Counted from the first letter of the stretch, positions 27,649 through 36,070 are shown. The stretch is 53,944 nt of DNA from an uncultured virus (IMG/VR IMGVR_UViG_3300025889_000079) (IMGVR_UViG_3300025889_000079); one strand, 5' to 3'. The notes: a model not told the origin generated them from the sequence alone. Program-made: numbers and translations.

Positions 27649-28327
27649 TATCATATGTGTATTTTGGGGAACAAAGTATCCTATTAAATTTGTAAACATA
27701 CTTTATAGTATGGTCAAAAGAAATATGACTTTGCCTTTTGACTTCTATTGTTTAACAGACGAACTTAATCAAGCATTTGATACAGGTATTAAAACTATAA
27801 AGATACCTAATCCACAGTTAGACGGTTGGTGGAATAAAATGCACTTGTATAATAAAGAACTAAACATAGAAGGCAATATATTATACGTAGATTTAGATGT
27901 TGTAATTATCAGTTGTTTAGATAAAATTTTTACTGAATTTGCAGATGATAAATTCTGTGTTATAAAAGACTTTGGTCAACCTAAAACCACTATCAATTCA
28001 AGTGTGTTAAGATATAATCTAAAACATCACTCTCATATATGGGATAACTTTCTAAAAGATAAAGGTCAATATGATTCTATGCACGGAGATCAGAATGTAT
28101 TAACTTCTATGTTATATACAGACAAACAAACAGTCTTTATGCCAGACGAATGGACATACTCTTTTAAATGGCCTGAACGAGGCAAACCCAAAAAGTATGA
28201 CAAATATGTCCCTAAAAATCATCCATTAAAGAAAGAAGCATTGATATGTGTATTTCACGGACACCCAAATCCCGATTATGCGATGGAATACGACTCAGGA
28301 AAGTGGATAAAAGACTACTGGAAGTAG
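27629..28327 (+). CDS. GT-A glycosyltransferase
   Basis: WGTKY, GWWNK, YVDLDVVI, NSSV, GDQ, FHGHPNP. Confidence 0.75.
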   Translation: MSQQKNNIICVFWGTKYPIKFVNILYSMVKRNMTLPFDFYCLTDELNQAFDTGIKTIKIPNPQLDGWWNKMHLYNKELNIEGNILYVDLDVVIISCLDKIFTEFADDKFCVIKDFGQPKTTINSSVLRYNLKHHSHIWDNFLKDKGQYDSMHGDQNVLTSMLYTDKQTVFMPDEWTYSFKWPERGKPKKYDKYVPKNHPLKKEALICVFHGHPNPDYAMEYDSGKWIKDYWK

Positions 28328-28341
28328 AACAAAACAAGAAC
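28327..28341 (+). promoter_or_regulatory. Alphaproteobacterial LexA (SOS) box
   Basis: GAAC-AAAACAA-GAAC (GAAC-N7-GAAC); near-identical copy at 35065-35079. Confidence 0.65.
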
Positions 28342-28360
28342 ATTTAAAGATATAGCTTTA

Positions 28361-28373
28361 TAAATCATTGATT
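28361..28373 (+). promoter_or_regulatory. IHF-binding site
   Basis: TAAatcaTTGATT matches YAANNNNTTGATW. Confidence 0.65.
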
Positions 28374-28402
28374 TTATTGACTTATTTTTGCATATAAAGT
28401 GC

Positions 28403-28431
28403 TTGCATTTTAATTAATTTTAGTGTATAGT
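28403..28431 (+). promoter_or_regulatory. Sigma70-type early promoter
   Basis: TTGCAT-N17-TATAGT. Confidence 0.65.
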
Positions 28432-28433
28432 AT

Positions 28434-28856
28434 ATGTATATGACAAAAAAATTATATCATTTAGTTTACGGTAGAGAATATTACGACTCAACTGAAAAGT
28501 ATGACCCATACTTTTATTCTTATTATACTATTTTTAGAAACATACCATCAGATTTAGTTCCTACTCTTATGTCTTTTAAAGACAAAATCAAAAAGTATTG
28601 TGATAAAAATTTCAAAGAAACCGCAACTAATTTTCAAGGTTCAACTATTGTAAAGATTTTATCTAATAAAGAATACTATAAAACTTACAAAGATGTTTAC
28701 GGTGAAGAATCAATGACTAATGATGATGACAATTTATTCCACGATTATGGCCAAAGATATAATACAAGACAGTTTTTCAAATACGATTTCAATCCAGAAT
28801 TTACAGATCAATATAGTTATAAAAATTTAAATAAAGGAGGTATAAGAGGATGGTAG
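28434..28856 (+). CDS. Hypothetical early protein (Tyr-rich)
   Basis: ORF directly after the promoter. Confidence 0.65.
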   Translation: MYMTKKLYHLVYGREYYDSTEKYDPYFYSYYTIFRNIPSDLVPTLMSFKDKIKKYCDKNFKETATNFQGSTIVKILSNKEYYKTYKDVYGEESMTNDDDNLFHDYGQRYNTRQFFKYDFNPEFTDQYSYKNLNKGGIRGW

Positions 28857-29215
28857 ATACAAATATTAGTTATTTTGCTGAAGATGTCGGCAAAAATCTA
28901 TACAGAAAAAAAACTTATTATACGGTTGTTATTGAACAAGAAGTATTAGCAAAAGATAAAGACGAAGCAGATACTTTGTTTTTAGATAACGGTGGTATAA
29001 AACATTCTGCTGTAAATACAGATATTACAGAAACTAATAATGGTGTAGAAACCTTATATGTTGACGCAGATTATTCGGATAGTGGTGAAACTGAATATGT
29101 TGGTAAAGTTGTTTATGATGATACCGAATTTGCAAAAGAAGATGGTGATGTTGTAATAGACACACTTGCTGATGAAGTAATTAAAACACCATATACAGCT
29201 AATGAAGGAATTTAA
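28850..29215 (+). CDS. Hypothetical acidic protein
   Basis: Strong SD AAGGAGG. Confidence 0.7.
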   Translation: MVDTNISYFAEDVGKNLYRKKTYYTVVIEQEVLAKDKDEADTLFLDNGGIKHSAVNTDITETNNGVETLYVDADYSDSGETEYVGKVVYDDTEFAKEDGDVVIDTLADEVIKTPYTANEGI

Positions 29216-29234
29216 TAATAACAAGGAGTAAACT

Positions 29235-29426
29235 ATGATAAATGTAATGTTACAAGACGTTGATAAGTTAAATGAAATTATTGACGCAATTGATAATAAT
29301 GATCTTGCTACTGCTAAAGATAAGGCAATAGTATGGAGAGATGAACTACAAGAACAATGCGATAAAGCAGAGTCAGATATTGATGTTCAATTAAATTTAG
29401 AAATGGAAAGTAAGTGGGGTAAATAA
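29235..29426 (+). CDS. Hypothetical acidic protein
   Basis: SD AAGGAG. Confidence 0.7.
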   Translation: MINVMLQDVDKLNEIIDAIDNNDLATAKDKAIVWRDELQEQCDKAESDIDVQLNLEMESKWGK

Positions 29427-29427
29427 T

Positions 29428-29604
29428 ATGGATATGTTTTTATTAACTATTATTTCTTTATTTCTAGGTTATGTATTATATCAGTTATTATATAATCCTT
29501 ATCTTCATTTAGTATTAGGATCAATAATGTCGGATGTTAAAGACAAATTAAGTAATGCAAAAAAAACTATCAAAAAAAGAATCAATAAGAATAGCAAAGC
29601 GTAA
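29428..29604 (+). CDS. Small membrane protein, 58 aa (not in ORF track)
   Basis: MDMFLLTIISLFLGYVLYQLL...; starts 1 nt after upstream stop. Confidence 0.5.
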   Translation: MDMFLLTIISLFLGYVLYQLLYNPYLHLVLGSIMSDVKDKLSNAKKTIKKRINKNSKA

Positions 29605-29875
29605 ACATTATAAGTGGTTGCGCTCTCTAGGTTTAAAAGTAAATATGAAAACAGGCCATATTATATTAAGAAAAAGGCCTCCTAGAGAATTAGATTTAAG
29701 TCATTTACAAGTAAGAGATTCAATACCGTGTGGTAATAGAATTGGCGGTAGTACAGCAAAACGAGTGTATGCTACACAACTACCTGCTGGTAAAACAATT
29801 AGTGTGGCATATAACAAAGGTCCTTATATGGTTGTTGACGCTAAGGACTTCAAAACTATGGGAAGGAAAGTATAG
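29555..29875 (+). CDS. Basic hypothetical protein
   Basis: C-terminal AYNKGPYMVV motif. Confidence 0.7.
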   Translation: MQKKLSKKESIRIAKRKHYKWLRSLGLKVNMKTGHIILRKRPPRELDLSHLQVRDSIPCGNRIGGSTAKRVYATQLPAGKTISVAYNKGPYMVVDAKDFKTMGRKV

Positions 29876-29876
29876 T

Positions 29877-30257
29877 ATGAGAACAATGATGTTATTAACA
29901 ATTATTACACTTATGACTATGGCAATTGCTAAGTCAGGTGAAATGGACGTAGATAAAAGAAATCCAGGTAACGATAAAGTGGATTATACAAACTGTGAAG
30001 ATAAAGAATCTTGGTTTGAAAAGAACTGGTGTGAAACTATGGAGTTTCAAAAACAAGGTTGGGCACAAGGTAAAAAAGATTTAGCAAAAACAAAAGAAGA
30101 TTTATCAAATTTGCCTGTTAATACAATTAATTATGTAAAAGAAGTACCTACAAATGTAGAAATCTTTATTAAAGATACTGGTACTGGTGTTTCAAATTGG
30201 GCTGCAAAAGAATGGAACTCAATTAAAGAATATCAGAAAGAAACTTGGAGTAAATAA
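29877..30257 (+). CDS. Secreted hypothetical protein
   Basis: Signal peptide from ATG 29877. Confidence 0.65.
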   Translation: MRTMMLLTIITLMTMAIAKSGEMDVDKRNPGNDKVDYTNCEDKESWFEKNWCETMEFQKQGWAQGKKDLAKTKEDLSNLPVNTINYVKEVPTNVEIFIKDTGTGVSNWAAKEWNSIKEYQKETWSK

Positions 30258-30445
30258 TGCTACATAGAATTGCCGATTTGTGTAAAAAGATTGATGGTAT
30301 TAAAATACAAAGTGATAAACTTTATAATATGAAATACAACAATCCTAAAACAAAAGAAAGAGATATTGAAATAGACAATTTAATTGCCGATATTCAATTA
30401 CAATGTAATTTAGTAGCAAACGATAAGAGCAAATATGAACGATAA
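30257..30445 (+). CDS. Hypothetical protein
   Basis: TAATG coupling, SD GGAG. Confidence 0.6.
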   Translation: MLHRIADLCKKIDGIKIQSDKLYNMKYNNPKTKERDIEIDNLIADIQLQCNLVANDKSKYER

Positions 30446-30581
30446 AGAATTGACGATTAAAACACTAGAGGAAAGAAAAGTAGAAGTAAAAGAAGAAATG
30501 GAGTATAAGGATAGTCAAATATTGGCCGATGAACTATACGAAATTGAAGATACCCTTAAAAAACTAGGGGTAAATGAGTAA
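30435..30581 (+). CDS. Small acidic helical protein, 48 aa (not in ORF track)
   Basis: MNDKELTIKTLEERKVEVKEEMEY... Confidence 0.5.
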   Translation: MNDKELTIKTLEERKVEVKEEMEYKDSQILADELYEIEDTLKKLGVNE

Positions 30582-30594
30582 TAAATCATTGATT
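30582..30594 (+). promoter_or_regulatory. IHF-binding site
   Basis: TAAatcaTTGATT within TAAATCATTGATTTTATTGACTT, identical to 28361-28383. Confidence 0.65.
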
Positions 30595-30612
30595 TTATTG
30601 ACTTTTTATTGC

Positions 30613-30641
30613 TTGACAATATGTTTTAATTGTGATAGAAT
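30613..30641 (+). promoter_or_regulatory. Sigma70-type early promoter
   Basis: TTGACA-N17-TAGAAT with extended -10 TG. Confidence 0.8.
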
Positions 30642-30678
30642 ATAGTATATATTATGTATAAACAGAAAGGATTACATT

Positions 30679-30999
30679 ATGTTAGATAAAGAACTATTAT
30701 TTAAAGAGTTTTACGAAGAAAAAGAAAAAGACTTGAAATTGTCTACCGACAAAAAAGAAGTCTTTAAAAATAGACTCGAATACTTAAAACAACACGCTGA
30801 CGCAAAACGATCACATCCTAAATTGTATTCAAATTTAGATGTTGATTTTGATAAATTTGTTCAAATGTATTCTTCTCCTAGTCCGAGAGATTATTATTAT
30901 AAATCAGTATTCGGAAAAACTTATTCCGAGTATATGTATGATAAACAAATTGAAGAACAAAAAGATGAACCTGAAGAAAAGTATTATCCTGTTAATTAG
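30679..30999 (+). CDS. Hypothetical protein
   Basis: SD AAGGA; first gene after promoter. Confidence 0.7.
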   Translation: MLDKELLFKEFYEEKEKDLKLSTDKKEVFKNRLEYLKQHADAKRSHPKLYSNLDVDFDKFVQMYSSPSPRDYYYKSVFGKTYSEYMYDKQIEEQKDEPEEKYYPVN

Positions 31000-31453
31000 T
31001 TGTATTGCATTAAATAATTGTGCAGTTAAAGACTACGCTGTATCCACATCAGGTTCTAGTATGGGTGCAATAACAGCAGGAGGTACGTGTTCAGGAGTTG
31101 TGAACGACCCTAAAGTTATTGCGGCCTGTACAATTGCAGGTGCAGTACACGGTGCCGATCAAGTTTGGAATGATGATTTCAATACACATAAAAAAGAATT
31201 TGTTGACCATCTTATAGGTGCACCTAACAAACCTAATATTACAAACTGGTATAATCCTAAAACAGAAAATTCAGGTATCATTAAAACAACAAGAACTTGG
31301 TACAAAGGTCCTATTAAATGTAGAAGTTATGAAAGTACAATTAATATTGCACCATCTTGGCCATTTGCTTTTGCTTCAAGTGGACCAGTTAGAAACACAA
31401 ACTTTGGTGTTGCCTGTATAATGCCAGACGGAAGAGTTGAAATTCAACAATGA
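30965..31453 (+). CDS. Lipoprotein, 17-kDa surface antigen-like (glycine zipper)
   Basis: ATG 30965, lipobox LNNC, Gly zipper, WYNPKTENSG...CR...AC...DG motif. Confidence 0.7.
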   Translation: MNLKKSIILLISCIALNNCAVKDYAVSTSGSSMGAITAGGTCSGVVNDPKVIAACTIAGAVHGADQVWNDDFNTHKKEFVDHLIGAPNKPNITNWYNPKTENSGIIKTTRTWYKGPIKCRSYESTINIAPSWPFAFASSGPVRNTNFGVACIMPDGRVEIQQ

Positions 31454-31947
31454 TAAGAATAGGTATTATATTAATAGTAATTGCTTGGACAGTAGTGATT
31501 GCCACTACCCTAAAGGTTATGTCAAAAGAAGTTGAAGGATTAAGAAAAGATTTAACAGGACAAGTTTATCCTATTGCAAAAGTAGATGTAGATAAAAACG
31601 TTTTACATAGTAAAATAACAGACCGTTATCAAACACCAGACGGACAATGGTGTTTTGTAACCGTAGTTATTAAACAAGAGGGTGATGAAATAGTTAAAAA
31701 AGAAGTATTAGAATGTTCAGATACTAAACAAGGCCAAACACAAAACGAGAAGATAAAAGAATTAGAAAAACAAATTGAGTTAGAAAAGGCAAGAAAACCA
31801 GGATACTGGGAGTTATTTGCCGAGTTTTATTATAGAGATCCAAATGCACCTGTTTATTGTAGAAAATACGCAAGACCTGATAGTTGGTTTAAACGACCAG
31901 GTACAGTATGTTTGGATCCACAAGGTAAATGGGAGGTGATAAACTAA
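31450..31947 (+). CDS. Membrane-anchored hypothetical protein
   Basis: N-terminal TM; C-terminal CR...C...GKW resembles preceding lipoprotein domain. Confidence 0.65.
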   Translation: MIRIGIILIVIAWTVVIATTLKVMSKEVEGLRKDLTGQVYPIAKVDVDKNVLHSKITDRYQTPDGQWCFVTVVIKQEGDEIVKKEVLECSDTKQGQTQNEKIKELEKQIELEKARKPGYWELFAEFYYRDPNAPVYCRKYARPDSWFKRPGTVCLDPQGKWEVIN

Positions 31948-32099
31948 TGATAAGAACCTTAATAACCTTAGTAATTCTGTGGTTTTTACTAGCTTTTAAC
32001 TGGGATTACTTCGTAAATACTGTTAACGAGTACAAGCTTGTTGACAAAACTAAAAAGATAGTATATAATATGAAAGAGAAAGTGAAAATAAATGACTAA
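31947..32099 (+). CDS. Small membrane protein, 50 aa (not in ORF track)
   Basis: SD GGAGGT; MIRTLITLVILWFLLAFNW... Confidence 0.55.
   Translation: MIRTLITLVILWFLLAFNWDYFVNTVNEYKLVDKTKKIVYNMKEKVKIND
32041..32069 (+). promoter_or_regulatory. Sigma70-type early promoter
   Basis: TTGACA-N17-TATAAT. Confidence 0.8.
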
Positions 32100-32709
32100 A
32101 AAACTAAATCTTATTTTGATTGCCATTTTAGGTTTGTTATTATCCAATTGTGCTAATAACACTTATACAATCAAACAAGAAACAGACAAGGTAGTTACAC
32201 AAGTACCTGCTTGGTATATGAATGATTTTAATGCCAAGAAGATGTGCGAAACTACTATGTTCGGAAAAGATAAAGATAGACAATGTATCTTTGGTGTGGG
32301 TACGTCAGTATCACCAGACTTAGAACTTGCTATTGAAAAGGCAACTTTAATTGCTAAGGCAGAAATGGCCGATATGATTAAGGGTGAGATGAACAAGAAG
32401 GCTAAAATCTTTACTACTGAATTAGGTAAATCTAATACAAAAACAGTAGTATCAGATGTTGAAACCACACTTGTTAATATTATAAAGAATACGCCTGTTA
32501 GAGGTTATGAAACCTTTGCTCAGGAAGTAACTATGACCAAAACTGGTTACTATCGTGCTTGGGTAGGACTAAGACTACCACTAGGCGAGTTTAATAAGAT
32601 GTATAACTATTCAATAGAAACAGTAGTTGACGCTTATGAACTTAAAAAACTTGCTCAAACAAAGTATGATGAAGTAGAAAAGGTTGCGAAAGATGATAAA
32701 AAACAATAA
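32092..32709 (+). CDS. LPP20-like lipoprotein
   Basis: Lipobox LSNC, PAWY, FGVG...A.EKA...AKAE motif. Confidence 0.7.
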   Translation: MTKKLNLILIAILGLLLSNCANNTYTIKQETDKVVTQVPAWYMNDFNAKKMCETTMFGKDKDRQCIFGVGTSVSPDLELAIEKATLIAKAEMADMIKGEMNKKAKIFTTELGKSNTKTVVSDVETTLVNIIKNTPVRGYETFAQEVTMTKTGYYRAWVGLRLPLGEFNKMYNYSIETVVDAYELKKLAQTKYDEVEKVAKDDKKQ

Positions 32710-32971
32710 TATAACAATTTATACAAAAGATAATTGTAGTTATTGTGTAAAGGCAAAGGCCTTGTTGAAAGGCCTTGACCTTGAATATACAGAAAAGAAA
32801 TTTGGATTAGATTTTAAAACTGCTGATGATTTACAAGAGGCAGTAGGTAAAAAAGTAAGAACAATGCCACAAATAGTTATTGATGAACAATTAGTTGGTG
32901 GTTATAATCAGTTAGTTGAATACTTTATAGAAAAAGGAAAGGTGAATTATAAAGGTGAGATCAATAAATAG
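32693..32971 (+). CDS. nrdC: Glutaredoxin
   Basis: CSYC, TMPQI, VGGY. Confidence 0.9.
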   Translation: MIKNNNITIYTKDNCSYCVKAKALLKGLDLEYTEKKFGLDFKTADDLQEAVGKKVRTMPQIVIDEQLVGGYNQLVEYFIEKGKVNYKGEINK

Positions 32972-32975
32972 TAAT

Positions 32976-33419
32976 ATGTCAGAAAAACAAAAATTTGAAA
33001 CAACTACTATAAGGGACAATGTTTTGTTGTTCCCTAGACAAAAGAAGCCTGCACCAGAAAGTAAAGTTTCAGAAGCAGAAATGAAGATTGCTATGGAAGC
33101 ACAGATTCGTTTATTCTCTCAACAATTAAAAGATGTTGCTATGGATGACTTATTTGATTTATTAAATAAGAATTCCTTAAGTGTAGATAGTGTAAATATG
33201 AATAAAGATTTGGCCTTTGTTGCAGAAGCAATTAAGAGTTTAATTTATAGAGATTTTAAATTAAGTCATCCTATACAAAAAATAGTTGACAATTCAGTAA
33301 GTATAGAAATATTAAATGGTATACCTGCTGAACCATTAGTAAATTATAAAAACATAATGGTAAAACAGGTAAATAAACCTGTTGCAAAAAAGGATGAAGT
33401 TAATAAAGAGATTCCATAA
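32976..33419 (+). CDS. Hypothetical protein
   Basis: DNVLLFP motif; start uncertain. Confidence 0.65.
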   Translation: MSEKQKFETTTIRDNVLLFPRQKKPAPESKVSEAEMKIAMEAQIRLFSQQLKDVAMDDLFDLLNKNSLSVDSVNMNKDLAFVAEAIKSLIYRDFKLSHPIQKIVDNSVSIEILNGIPAEPLVNYKNIMVKQVNKPVAKKDEVNKEIP

Positions 33420-33503
33420 AGCACTTTGGGATACTTTGAATACTAAAAGTGCCAGTATTCAACAGTTAAATTTGAAGGCACAATATATAATAAGGAGTGA
33501 ATA

Positions 33504-33845
33504 ATGTTTAAATCATTATCAAATATGTTCGCAAAAGACGAACTACAAGTAGTAAAAACAGTAAAGAAAGCTTCTACAAGAGGTAGAAAAGCAATCTCTA
33601 AAAGAGCTAAGGTATTAAACCTTTTATCAAAAGGTCAATCAGTATCTTGGAAAACTTTAAGAGATAGATTTGACTTAACGTCTCCAAGAGCGTTAGTTGA
33701 CACTTTAAGAGCAGAAGGTAATATGATCTATGTTAACAAAACTGCTAAAGGTACAACATACAGAATGGGACAACCAACTAAAGCAATTATTGCTGCTGGT
33801 ATCAAAAAACTGTATGGAACTCCATACGCTTACAATAATGCGTAA
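33504..33845 (+). CDS. Basic winged-helix nucleic-acid-binding protein
   Basis: KVLNLLSKG...SPRALVDTLRAEGNMI...YRMG; SD AAGGAG. Confidence 0.65.
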   Translation: MFKSLSNMFAKDELQVVKTVKKASTRGRKAISKRAKVLNLLSKGQSVSWKTLRDRFDLTSPRALVDTLRAEGNMIYVNKTAKGTTYRMGQPTKAIIAAGIKKLYGTPYAYNNA

Positions 33846-33862
33846 TTAATAATTACCATTTG

Positions 33863-33894
33863 ATGGTGGCGACCACAAATCGCCACCATAATTT
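33863..33894 (+). terminator. Stem-loop, probable terminator or stabiliser
   Basis: ATGGTGGCGA/TCGCCACCAT 10-bp stem; weak U tract. Confidence 0.55.
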
Positions 33895-33908
33895 AAGGAG
33901 ATTATATT

Positions 33909-34115
33909 ATGAGTAAAGTAGAATTATTAAAAGAGATCGAAGTATTAGAAAAGACCAACAAGTGGTTTAAATCACAAATAGAACCTGAAGATTGCGGATG
34001 GATGTATACCACAATAGATGGTAACAAGCATAGAATAAAAGTTTTAAAAGAACAATTAAAGGCTCACAAACACGGTAAAGAGTACAAACAAAAACATTGG
34101 AGTAATTATCTATAA
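33909..34115 (+). CDS. Hypothetical protein
   Basis: SD AAGGAG. Confidence 0.7.
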   Translation: MSKVELLKEIEVLEKTNKWFKSQIEPEDCGWMYTTIDGNKHRIKVLKEQLKAHKHGKEYKQKHWSNYL

Positions 34116-34282
34116 TGTCTATAAGAGTTGTCAAATATAAAAAATCAGAATGGCAACACGTTGCAGATTGTATTCGTAGCGATCAAGTACCTGCATTTGA
34201 GGTACAACTTATACTAGACCAAAACAAAGACTTTGCCAAATGGTACAAGCAAAAATATTTAAAGAACAATGACAGAATTTAG
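34115..34282 (+). CDS. Hypothetical protein, 55 aa (not in ORF track)
   Basis: TAATG coupling; MSIRVVKYKKSEWQHVADCIRSDQVPA... Confidence 0.6.
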   Translation: MSIRVVKYKKSEWQHVADCIRSDQVPAFEVQLILDQNKDFAKWYKQKYLKNNDRI

Positions 34283-34502
34283 AAACGGAATTTATAATAC
34301 ATTACATAAATTAATAGGCACAAGCGTAGGCCGTGCCATTATATATACCATAGGCCATATAATTATTGCTATGACTTCAAATAGACTAATCACAGGCGCC
34401 GATTGGAGACTTGCAGGTTTAGACGCAATAGTTGAACCTTGTATAAATGGAATATGGTATTATACACTTGATAAATATTGGTCAAGTAAAATGAAACAAT
34501 AA
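34269..34502 (+). CDS. DUF2061-like small membrane protein
   Basis: IYTIGHIIIAM...VEP.INGIWYY.LD pattern. Confidence 0.6.
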   Translation: MTEFRNGIYNTLHKLIGTSVGRAIIYTIGHIIIAMTSNRLITGADWRLAGLDAIVEPCINGIWYYTLDKYWSSKMKQ

Positions 34503-34526
34503 TATTATACAATAGGAGAATATATT

Positions 34527-35015
34527 ATGCCAATAACAACATCACAAGCGTTTGGAACTGCTACTACAACAAGAGGTTCAGCAGCTCCCTTACTACACGA
34601 AATATTAGTTAAAGTAAACAACGCAAAAGACAAACCCAAAAAAATAGAAGTATTAAGACAAAACAATAGTCAACCTTTAAGACAAATACTTAAAGGTGCT
34701 TTTGATCCTAGTATAGAGTGGGAATTACCAGAAGGCGTTCCACCATACAAAGAAAACGAAGCTCCTGCAGGTACTGAACATACAACTCTTTACCAAGAGG
34801 CAAAAAGATTGCATTATTTTATTAAAGGTGCAAACGATTTAAGTAAAACAAAACGTGAAACTATGTTCATACAAGTGCTAGAAGGATTACACGCTGAGGA
34901 AGCAAAATTATTACTTGCAATTAAAGATAAATCTTTGAATAAAATCTACAAAGGTCTTACGGATGCAGTAGTAAAAGAAGCATTTGGATGGAACGACACC
35001 TATATGGCGTCATAG
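34527..35015 (+). CDS. Conserved hypothetical protein of marine T4-like phages
   Basis: LPEGVPPY ... KRETMFIQVLEGLHAEEA; SD AGGAG. Confidence 0.8.
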   Translation: MPITTSQAFGTATTTRGSAAPLLHEILVKVNNAKDKPKKIEVLRQNNSQPLRQILKGAFDPSIEWELPEGVPPYKENEAPAGTEHTTLYQEAKRLHYFIKGANDLSKTKRETMFIQVLEGLHAEEAKLLLAIKDKSLNKIYKGLTDAVVKEAFGWNDTYMAS

Positions 35016-35064
35016 CCATCTAAATATTATAGATTGATTCTATAATATACAACTTATAATATAA

Positions 35065-35079
35065 GAACAAAATAAGAAC
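35065..35079 (+). promoter_or_regulatory. Alphaproteobacterial LexA (SOS) box
   Basis: GAAC-AAAATAA-GAAC. Confidence 0.65.
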
Positions 35080-35097
35080 ATTTGTTTACTGTACTAA

Positions 35098-35110
35098 TAA
35101 GTTGTTGATT
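35098..35110 (+). promoter_or_regulatory. IHF-binding site
   Basis: TAAgttgTTGATT matches YAANNNNTTGATW. Confidence 0.65.
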
Positions 35111-35138
35111 TTATTATCTTTTTTATTAAAAATAATGC

Positions 35139-35166
35139 TTGATTTCTTTGTAAAATAGTGTATTAT
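35139..35166 (+). promoter_or_regulatory. Sigma70-type promoter (weaker match)
   Basis: gcTTGATT-N16-TATTAT. Confidence 0.5.
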
Positions 35167-35192
35167 ATACCTATAAACAAAGGAGATATATA

Positions 35193-35537
35193 ATGTTTAA
35201 AAACTTGATAATTATTAATATTCTGTTTGCATTAATGCTTTGGATGTTTACATCTATTGCTAGTGCGAATGACAATACCAAGTCAGACGAATATTATAAA
35301 GCAGTTATTGGCCACGTTGTTACCCAAAAAGTAACAGGTCAAAACATTAACACAAATAAGTTAATGGAACAAGAAATGGAAGCAATTGCTCATCAATTTG
35401 CTTTACAGATGATTGTTATTATGCAAAAGTATTTACCGTCTATGTTAGATGGTATTGCTGCTGATTTAAGGCTTAAATCAGATGAAAAGTATAAATGTGC
35501 TTTATTAAAAGGTAGTGCGAATGGATGTGTTCAGTAA
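35193..35537 (+). CDS. Secreted hypothetical protein
   Basis: SD AAGGAG; signal peptide ending ASA. Confidence 0.7.
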   Translation: MFKNLIIINILFALMLWMFTSIASANDNTKSDEYYKAVIGHVVTQKVTGQNINTNKLMEQEMEAIAHQFALQMIVIMQKYLPSMLDGIAADLRLKSDEKYKCALLKGSANGCVQ

Positions 35538-35679
35538 AATACAAGAAATTTTACAACTAATTTATACATTTATTCCGCAAGAAGTTTTTATTATTATAAC
35601 AGCAGCACTCATATTAGGTTGTATTGAGTATTTAAGGAAAGGTAATAATGAAGAAAACAACAAAGTCAAAAAAAATTAG
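35521..35679 (+). CDS. Small membrane protein, 52 aa (not in ORF track)
   Basis: MDVFSKIQEILQLIYTFIPQEVFIIITAALILGCIEY... Confidence 0.45.
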   Translation: MDVFSKIQEILQLIYTFIPQEVFIIITAALILGCIEYLRKGNNEENNKVKKN

Positions 35680-36070
35680 ATTTAAAAAGGCTCTTAAAAA
35701 AGAGTTTGAATTAGGTCGTAGATATGCCACGACTTATAAAGACATCAAAAAGTATTTTAAACTTTTTAATCAATATATATTTGACAATAAACTTTCCCCA
35801 TTTAATCAAATTGAAATTAAAGAAATAAGAGATAGAGATGTCAAGTATTGCTACGGACAAGTAGTCATATTAGAATGGAAAAGAAAAGGTACTAGATTGT
35901 ATAAATTAGAAATGCAACCTACGTATAAAAATAAAAAAGAATTTTTAGATACACTTGCTCACGAAATGGTACATCTATATCAAATGGCCAATCTAGGTGA
36001 TACAGGTAATCACAATAAAATATTTTATAGTTTTGAAGAACAACTTAATTTAGTCGGTTTACGATTATAA
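35648..36070 (+). CDS. SprT-like zinc metalloprotease
   Basis: TLAHEMVHLYQ ... H...F motif. Confidence 0.8.
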   Translation: MKKTTKSKKIRFKKALKKEFELGRRYATTYKDIKKYFKLFNQYIFDNKLSPFNQIEIKEIRDRDVKYCYGQVVILEWKRKGTRLYKLEMQPTYKNKKEFLDTLAHEMVHLYQMANLGDTGNHNKIFYSFEEQLNLVGLRL

